Shown in pieces: positions 58,369 through 64,000 of a stretch of 64,000 bases of DNA. The stretch is from positions 11,935 to 75,934 of the forward strand of contig PCXB01000063.1 in assembly GCA_002787535.1 (NCBI GenBank), in the 5' to 3' direction. This DNA comes from Deltaproteobacteria bacterium CG11_big_fil_rev_8_21_14_0_20_45_16 (GTDB lineage: Bacteria; Bdellovibrionota; UBA2394). The translations under genes were made by a program, and so were the position numbers. Positions within the stretch are counted from its first letter, which is position 1; each line of letters begins with the position of its first letter. Under the pieces are notes generated by a model, which was given only the letters and a program-made list of their open reading frames with translations, searched no databases and had not been told where the DNA came from.

Positions 58369-59634
58369 CTAATGTTCACTGCCTTTGAAGGAAAGTTTTA
58401 ATTGTTCTTCAAGGCGTAAGAGTTGATTGTATTTTGCGGTTCGGTCGGATCGCGAAAGGCTTCCGGTTTTGATTTGTCCTGCACCCGTGCCAACGGCCAG
58501 ATCCGCGATAAAACTATCTTCAGTTTCCCCGCTTCTGTGGGATACCATGCACGAATAATCGTTCTTGATTGCCATCCTCATGGTTTCTAAAGTTTCTGTA
58601 ACGCTTCCGACTTGATTGAGTTTGATCAAAATCGCATTGCCACACTTTTCCCTGATTCCGCGCTCAAGCCTTTCAGCTTGAGTGACAAAGAGGTCGTCTC
58701 CAACCAGTTGAAGATTGGGAAAACTTGAGGTCAATTTTTTCCAGCCCTTCCAATCTTCCTCCGCTAGACCATCTTCAATTGAGATAATCGGATAATTCTG
58801 AGCTATTTCTGAATAGATCTCAATCATCTGCTCGGCGGTTCTCGACCCGCCACCAGACTTCTTAAGCTGATATTTTCCATCTTCGAAAAATGACGATGAA
58901 GCAACATCCAAGGCCATTTTGATATTGGCGCCGTAACCGCACGCATCAATGGCTTCTCGAATAAACTTCAGGGCTTCGTCATGACTTCGCAGCTTGGGAG
59001 CAAAGCCACCTTCGTCTCCTACAGCAGTCGAGTAGTCCCGATCCTTTAAGATCTTTTTGAGTTTATGAAAAACCTCGGCGCCCATTCGAAGAGCTTCGGA
59101 AAAAGTTGTTGCCTTCACAGGCGCAATCATAAATTCCTGAAAGTCCAAATTATTGTTAGCGTGCTCCCCTCCGTTCACAATATTCATGAACGGAATAGGC
59201 AAGCACATTTTCTTGGTCCCAAATAGCTGCGCAATACATTCAGCCAGAGTGATTTTTTGGGCAAGGGCTGAGGCCCGAGTCGCCGCCATCGAAACTGCCA
59301 ATATGGCGTTAGCGCCAAGGCTTTTCTTTTGGGGACTGCTGTCTATCGAGAGCATTTTTCCATCAATAGATTCTTGATCCACTGGATCCATGCCTTTTAA
59401 AACTGGAGCAATTCTTTCTAATATGTTGTTGATTGCCTTAAGAACTCCCTTACCCCCATAACGTTTTGGGTCATCATCTCGCAGTTCGACAGCCTCAAAA
59501 ATACCGGTCGAAGCTCCGGAAGGCACTGCCGCTCGAGCCTGCAGTCCAGATTCCAAAATTATTTCGGCCTCGACGGTGGGATTGCCGCGGCTATCCAGTA
59601 TTTCGCGTGCTCGAATATGTTGAATACGATCCAT
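58369..59634 (-). CDS. eno: Enolase
   Basis: [42 protein letters not shown]. Confidence 0.98.
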   Translation of the reverse strand: MDRIQHIRAREILDSRGNPTVEAEIILESGLQARAAVPSGASTGIFEAVELRDDDPKRYGGKGVLKAINNILERIAPVLKGMDPVDQESIDGKMLSIDSSPQKKSLGANAILAVSMAATRASALAQKITLAECIAQLFGTKKMCLPIPFMNIVNGGEHANNNLDFQEFMIAPVKATTFSEALRMGAEVFHKLKKILKDRDYSTAVGDEGGFAPKLRSHDEALKFIREAIDACGYGANIKMALDVASSSFFEDGKYQLKKSGGGSRTAEQMIEIYSEIAQNYPIISIEDGLAEEDWKGWKKLTSSFPNLQLVGDDLFVTQAERLERGIREKCGNAILIKLNQVGSVTETLETMRMAIKNDYSCMVSHRSGETEDSFIADLAVGTGAGQIKTGSLSRSDRTAKYNQLLRLEEQLKLSFKGSEH

Positions 59635-59640
59635 GGAGGA

Positions 59641-59669
59641 AGCTTAAACTTTCAAGATCTTGCGAGCAA
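59641..59669 (-). promoter_or_regulatory. Putative sigma70 promoter of eno (leaderless geometry)
   Basis: TTGCTC-17-TAAGCT-TCCTCC-ATG; the six intervening bases are pyrimidines, so there is no SD. Confidence 0.6.
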
Positions 59670-59710
59670 CCGCTGGATCAATGAAAGCGAAATCAGCTAG
59701 AACTAAGTCA

Positions 59711-60205
59711 ATGAAACCCCATGCGATTTATCCCGGTTCTTTCGATCCTTTGACTAATGGACATATTAACCTTGTCGAGCGGGCGCTCAATATATTTGAA
59801 AGCATTACGATCGCCATCGCTCAAAACAGTCGAAAACCAAAAGTTTTTAGTATGGACGAGCGGCTACAAATGATTCGTAAAGTATTTGCGGATTCCCCTA
59901 GGATTGAAGTTGAGAGTTTTGAGGGTCTCCTCGTGGATTATGTTGCCAACAAAGACGGTTTTACGGTGATGCGAGGCATTCGTACGACTGAGGATTTTGA
60001 ATATGAGCTCTCTTTGGCGCAAGCCAATCGGCATCTGCGCCCCGAAGTCGAAACAATTTTTATGATGACGGATCCGCAGTTTAGTTATCTTTCGTCTTCG
60101 ATGATTCGTGAGATTGTGAGCTTAGGGGGTTCCACGAAGGGAATGCTTCCAGATTTCATCGAAGACTTACTTAAAAAGCGATTAGGAGAAGGTAAATCCA
60201 AATGA
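59711..60205 (+). CDS. coaD: Phosphopantetheine adenylyltransferase
   Basis: YPGSFDPLTNGH, RGIR...DFEYE, SSSMIRE. Confidence 0.96.
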   Translation: MKPHAIYPGSFDPLTNGHINLVERALNIFESITIAIAQNSRKPKVFSMDERLQMIRKVFADSPRIEVESFEGLLVDYVANKDGFTVMRGIRTTEDFEYELSLAQANRHLRPEVETIFMMTDPQFSYLSSSMIREIVSLGGSTKGMLPDFIEDLLKKRLGEGKSK

Positions 60206-61365
60206 AATTTGAATTGGCAAAACTCCTTTCGAGCTTTGAGGAATCCAAAACCTTGGCGCTTGCCGCGCGTGCGAAAAAACTGAAAGCCGAAGGGAAGCCC
60301 GTAATCAGTTTTGCCTCAGGGGAGCCAGATTTTTTATCGCCAGCTGCGGTCATAAAGGCGGCCTATGAAGGAGCTAGGTCGGGGCAAACTAAATACACGC
60401 CGGTAGCGGGTTCTCCCGACTGCCGACGATCTGTAGCCGTGCGAATCAGCGCCGATTATGGAGTGGAGTTTTCGGCTGACGAGGTGGCGATTTCCAACGG
60501 CGGAAAGCAAGCCATCTATCATTTTTTACAAGCGGCTTTGAATCCTGGGGATGAGGTATTGATTCCCTGTCCCTATTGGACCTCCTTTCCCGAAATGGTC
60601 AAGATGGTCGGAGCCAAGCCTGTGATCGTTCGCTCACCTAATGGGAGATTGCGTGCAGAAGATTTGCAGGCCGCTATCAGTCCTCGAACTAGGGCTTTTA
60701 TTTTCAACTCTCCGAGCAATCCAAGCGGGATGGTTTATACAGACGCCGAGACGAAGTCCTTTCTTGAAGTCATCAAGCCGCATCCGATTTGGCTAATGAG
60801 CGATGATACCTATTACTCGCTGGTTTACGAGCCGCATCGTTGGAGCTCAGCGCTCCAATTGGATCCAAGCTTTAGGGATCGAACCTGTATTGTGGGTTCG
60901 GCTTCGAAGTCTTATGCGATGACGGGTTGGCGTGTCGGTTGGGGGATTGGACCCAAAGATTTGATCAACGGGATGATAAAACTTCAGGGTCAGGTAACAA
61001 GTGGGGCGTCGAGCTTATCTCAAGCGGGACTGATCGAAGCTGTGGGATCGGCTCATAAAGAAGCCGAAGACTTCAAAGCGCTATTCAAAAAGCGTCGAGA
61101 TCTGACCATCGAAAAGCTCTCAAATATCAAAGGCTTAAGCTGGATGGAGCCTCAAGGGGCCTTTTATGTCTTTATTAAGCTTAAGGGCCTCTTAAAGGAG
61201 GAGTCCGTTACAGAGTTTTGTGAGAGATTTTTGGAAAAAAACTCCGTTTGTATGGTTCCGGGGGAAGCCTTTGGCGAGCCTGATTATGCGCGAATTTCTT
61301 ATGCGCTTTCGGATGCCGAAATCATCGAAGGTATTGGTAGATTGGAATTGGCTTTGAAGGGTTGA
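60202..61365 (+). CDS. aspC: PLP-dependent aminotransferase class I (aspartate aminotransferase-like)
   Basis: GEPDF, NSPSNPSG, SDDTY, SKSYAMTGWRVG, GAFY. Confidence 0.88.
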   Translation: MKFELAKLLSSFEESKTLALAARAKKLKAEGKPVISFASGEPDFLSPAAVIKAAYEGARSGQTKYTPVAGSPDCRRSVAVRISADYGVEFSADEVAISNGGKQAIYHFLQAALNPGDEVLIPCPYWTSFPEMVKMVGAKPVIVRSPNGRLRAEDLQAAISPRTRAFIFNSPSNPSGMVYTDAETKSFLEVIKPHPIWLMSDDTYYSLVYEPHRWSSALQLDPSFRDRTCIVGSASKSYAMTGWRVGWGIGPKDLINGMIKLQGQVTSGASSLSQAGLIEAVGSAHKEAEDFKALFKKRRDLTIEKLSNIKGLSWMEPQGAFYVFIKLKGLLKEESVTEFCERFLEKNSVCMVPGEAFGEPDYARISYALSDAEIIEGIGRLELALKG

Positions 61366-61399
61366 CTTCCTTAGAGAATTCAGCGATTTGTTCAGGATT

Positions 61400-61669
61400 A
61401 TGGCTCGGCGATGTGATTTAACAGGAAAACAAGGTCAATACGGCAATACCGTATCAAATGCGAACAATAAGGCGCGGACAAAGTCCTTTGCCAACCTGGT
61501 TTGGAAGCGCTATTTCGTTCCAGAATTGAACCGATTTATTCGGGTGCGGGTTTCTAAACGAGCGGTTCGTACGATTGATAAGTTAGGCGGGCTTTTGCCA
61601 GCTGCGCGCAAATTTAATAAGAGCATTTCGCCCGACCTTCAAAAGATGGTCAAAACGGCGGCTCGATAA
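61400..61669 (+). CDS. rpmB: 50S ribosomal protein L28
   Basis: MARRCDLTGK..GNTVSNANN...NL...RVS..AVRTIDK. Confidence 0.93.
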   Translation: MARRCDLTGKQGQYGNTVSNANNKARTKSFANLVWKRYFVPELNRFIRVRVSKRAVRTIDKLGGLLPAARKFNKSISPDLQKMVKTAAR

Positions 61670-61695
61670 TTTTAGTTTCTGACAATAGGAGATCG

Positions 61696-62004
61696 ATGGT
61701 GATGATGGATAGAGATAGAGGCGACAGAGAACGGGGCGATCGAGATGATAAGCCTCGAAAACGAAAAATGAAGCGTTCGAATTTTCGTAAAAAGCGTCCG
61801 CCCGCTGATCTTACTTTTGATTATAAACGAGTTTATGATTTACTCCCCTTCGTAACCGAAGAGGGCAAAATCATCCCCGGACGCGTTTCTGGCTTGCGAG
61901 CTTCTCAGCAACGAGAGCTTACAGTCGCTATTCGACGGGCACGTCATTTGGCCTTCATTAGCCCCATTCGACGTTTTGTCGTGGGTCAATATAGCCGCGA
62001 TTAA
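61696..62004 (+). CDS. rpsR: 30S ribosomal protein S18 with charged N-terminal extension
   Basis: DYK...L..FVTEEGKIIPGRVSG...QQRELTVAIRRARHLA; AGGAG SD. Confidence 0.93.
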   Translation: MVMMDRDRGDRERGDRDDKPRKRKMKRSNFRKKRPPADLTFDYKRVYDLLPFVTEEGKIIPGRVSGLRASQQRELTVAIRRARHLAFISPIRRFVVGQYSRD

Positions 62005-62060
62005 TTCAAATTCTTTAAATGAGATCTAAGATTCTTTGTTGTAACGACATAGTAACAAAA

Positions 62061-62144
62061 GCCTCGGTGGCGGAATTGGTAGACGCGCGAGACTCAAAAT
62101 CTCGTATAGGCAACTATGTGTGAGTTCGATTCTCACCCGAGGCA
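62061..62144 (+). tRNA. tRNA-Leu(CAA), CCA not encoded
   Basis: Acceptor stem GCCTCGG/CCGAGGC, D-arm GGCGGAATTGGTAGACGC, anticodon stem CGAGA-CTCAAAA-TCTCG, long variable arm, GTTCGA T-loop. Confidence 0.96.
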
Positions 62145-62188
62145 TTTCTTCTCTTTTGATTTTCGGTATTATTTCACGGTCCGCCCAC

Positions 62189-62216
62189 TTGACTTTCTAT
62201 TTTTTTCTATTAAAAT
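62189..62216 (+). promoter_or_regulatory. sigma70 promoter of the TA operon (leaderless geometry)
   Basis: TTGACT-16-TAAAAT-7 nt-ATG(62224). Confidence 0.65.
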
Positions 62217-62223
62217 ATAGTTT

Positions 62224-62448
62224 ATGTCAAAAGTACAATTGGCAACTCAGATCCATCCCCAGGTGAAGCGAGCCCTCGAAGAGGCGTGTGAATCTCGAGG
62301 GTTGAAGATCGGTCATTTTATCCAGGAGGCTATTTTAGATAAGCTTGAGGAATATGAGGATATTGCCGACCTAAGAAAACTCCGAGCCGAACCTTCTCGC
62401 CCTCTGTCTGATATTATCAGGGACCTTGAGCGCAGTGATAAAATATAA
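62224..62448 (+). CDS. Ribbon-helix-helix antitoxin (RelB-like)
   Basis: 74 aa; strand-helix-helix pattern, 'EAILDKLEEYED', overlaps the downstream toxin. Confidence 0.8.
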   Translation: MSKVQLATQIHPQVKRALEEACESRGLKIGHFIQEAILDKLEEYEDIADLRKLRAEPSRPLSDIIRDLERSDKI

Positions 62449-62695
62449 AATTTTTCTCTCACGTTCGTCCGAAAAAGCATTAAAGAAAATTCCTAAGCAT
62501 GATCTGAGGCGTGTACTTGCAAAACTTGAGTCTCTAAAAATTGATCCATTTCCAGATGGCTGCAAAAAACTGGAAGGGGAGGCTCACGCCTTTCGGGTTC
62601 GAGTAGGTGTTTACCGAATTATTTACGATGTGATTGGGACGAATCTGATTATTTTTGTTCTTAAGATTGCCCATCGTAAAGAGGTTTATCGTTAG
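62435..62695 (+). CDS. relE: RelE/ParE-family toxin
   Basis: YKIFLSRSSEKALKKI, KKLEG...FRVRVGVYRIIY, AHRKEVYR. Confidence 0.9.
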   Translation: MIKYKIFLSRSSEKALKKIPKHDLRRVLAKLESLKIDPFPDGCKKLEGEAHAFRVRVGVYRIIYDVIGTNLIIFVLKIAHRKEVYR

Positions 62696-62709
62696 GGGCA
62701 GGCTGTAAA

Positions 62710-63039
62710 ATGGCGGTTGGATTTCCTTACTATCAATTGGATTGCCTCGACCATAATGATGAATTAAAGGCACAGATCCGAATTATGGTTCGCGAGTGGA
62801 ATACTCAGGCTAATTTCGAAGATTTTGTAGCCGGCACGGCGGCTTCAGCGAACACGGCCGGACAGGATGATCCCTATGATGTGGGTTTTGACGAAGATAA
62901 TGATGATTTTTATGATCACAAAAGTCTTCAAGATCTTGGAGCCAATCCGTATTCATCGTTTGGCTTAACAGCAGGAGCTAGCTTGGACTCGATAGTAAGC
63001 AACCCGTCAGACTATTATATGAGTTTTCCAGCTGAGTAA
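62710..63039 (+). CDS. Acidic hypothetical ORF, possibly a C-terminal remnant of a larger secreted protein
   Basis: 109 aa, Asp-rich extracellular-like composition, no signal peptide or SD; in-frame stop at 62677. Confidence 0.4.
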   Translation: MAVGFPYYQLDCLDHNDELKAQIRIMVREWNTQANFEDFVAGTAASANTAGQDDPYDVGFDEDNDDFYDHKSLQDLGANPYSSFGLTAGASLDSIVSNPSDYYMSFPAE

Positions 63040-64000
63040 TACTTAGAGGCTCGCCAGAGAAATTCAAACAAGGCGATATGCCGACGGAAGATTCGCTTCT
63101 GTCGGTGACCGGCAATAGGATGAAAAACCGCCAGGGATCCAGATAAAATCTGCATGGGATTTTTTTTGAGCCATAGCCAAGATCCCATCTCAAGAGTCAG
63201 AGGCAAAAATAAGTTTTTATTCCAATCGGGATTCTTCTGATGCTTTTCGTAAATATAATCCCAAAGATCGCCGTGGGTCAGATAATGTTGGGATTGTGGT
63301 TCTACAACATAAATATGATTGGGGTAACTTCGCTTAAGTAAGCTTGTGAGCGATTGCACTTCGGCAATGCGCTCAAACTGCCGGGTACTTTTTGCATAAG
63401 GGTACCAAAGCCGATCTCGCATTCCAAAACCGGAGTGAACGTCCAGCGCAATACTGCAGGAGGCTGGTAAAATCTCTTTTTCGCAAAAGTTAATAACCGC
63501 CTGAGATTCCAATTCCATGGGCTCGTTTTTCTTGCCGCGATAATAAGGGATGCGACTCGTAATTCGATGCCCGCCAATCAAAAACGGAGTGGGTCCTTCA
63601 GCTTCGATAGGCGCGTTTCGCATCAGATCAACGCCATGATGATTGGAGCGACGCCCCATATACATTCCGGCCGGGTTTACAATAGGAATGGACAGTAATC
63701 GTACTGTTTTGAGACTTTCCAAAAGATCTTCATCCCATTCAAGGCGCGCCACAAAGCTCTCTAGAAAGCTCACAATCGTCTGAGAGCCAATGCGCTCAAG
63801 CCCATGAACACCGCCAAAGAGAGCTAAGCAAGGAAGACGAGGATCATCCGGACCAAAGCGAAGGGAAAAAATGGGGAAGTTGGACTTCCGAAATTGAATT
63901 GTTTCCAAAATATCAATTGCTGCAAATTTCTTAGCTTTCTCGACGAGATGTACGACCCGGTCCAACTCCGGAAGTTGGCTTTTTTCAAACCGAAAACTTG
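63015..64000 (-). CDS. M14 zinc carboxypeptidase family (DUF2817-like), 5' end beyond the window
   Basis: GGVHGLE (HxxE), VNPAG, RRSN..GVDLMRN, LDVHSG, TLEMG; the frame stays open to the window end. Confidence 0.88.
   Translation of the reverse strand, partial: SFRFEKSQLPELDRVVHLVEKAKKFAAIDILETIQFRKSNFPIFSLRFGPDDPRLPCLALFGGVHGLERIGSQTIVSFLESFVARLEWDEDLLESLKTVRLLSIPIVNPAGMYMGRRSNHHGVDLMRNAPIEAEGPTPFLIGGHRITSRIPYYRGKKNEPMELESQAVINFCEKEILPASCSIALDVHSGFGMRDRLWYPYAKSTRQFERIAEVQSLTSLLKRSYPNHIYVVEPQSQHYLTHGDLWDYIYEKHQKNPDWNKNLFLPLTLEMGSWLWLKKNPMQILSGSLAVFHPIAGHRQKRIFRRHIALFEFLWRASKYYSAGKLI

Noticed and set aside
61362..61400. Leaderless promoter for rpmB (TTGACT at 61362)
   Set aside because: No acceptable -10 hexamer at 16-18 nt spacing
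1..64000. Many short ORFs antisense or out of frame within long genes (e.g. 39493-40071, 12268-12720, 26215-26646, 36321-36767)
   Set aside because: They lie inside well-supported genes and show no motifs; treated as shadow ORFs
1..64000. CRISPR array, rRNA, transposase, integrase or prophage
   Set aside because: No regularly spaced repeats or diagnostic proteins seen; intergenic regions are too short
62120..64000. attR duplication of the tRNA-Leu 3' end
   Set aside because: No second copy of TTCGATTCTCACCCGAGGCA was noticed in the window

Overview
Gene-dense bacterial chromosomal window of mostly housekeeping genes: pip, two tandem uvrA, pilD, a PTPS/QueD-family gene, pyrC, metF, cdd, cysS, trmB, psd, pyk, astD/astA, degP, rluD, pgeF, eno, coaD, aspC, rpmB, rpsR and tRNA-Leu(CAA). 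These are mixed with many secreted or lipoprotein genes (Ig/GLUG surface protein, FG-GAP protein, two M4/M36-type peptidases, a Gld-like ABC system). The gene content suggests a Bdellovibrionota-like or deltaproteobacterial organism; this is inference only. No CRISPR array, rRNA, prophage or transposase was seen. Best candidate for an undescribed system: a translationally coupled three-gene operon (37937->33915) encoding a FadL-like outer-membrane channel, a secreted protein with BPI/LBP (TULIP)-like features and a beta-propeller-like lipoprotein, a possible lipid uptake route. Other notable signals: (1) a window-wide pattern of sigma70 -10 boxes 6-8 nt before start codons, suggesting leaderless mRNAs; (2) two in-frame uvrA genes separated only by TAG-TTT; (3) an NtrC-type regulator lacking GAFTGA; (4) a peptidase gene broken by an exact 13-bp tandem duplication; (5) repeated loss of zinc-binding cysteines. 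All family assignments are by-eye motif recognition, not database searches.
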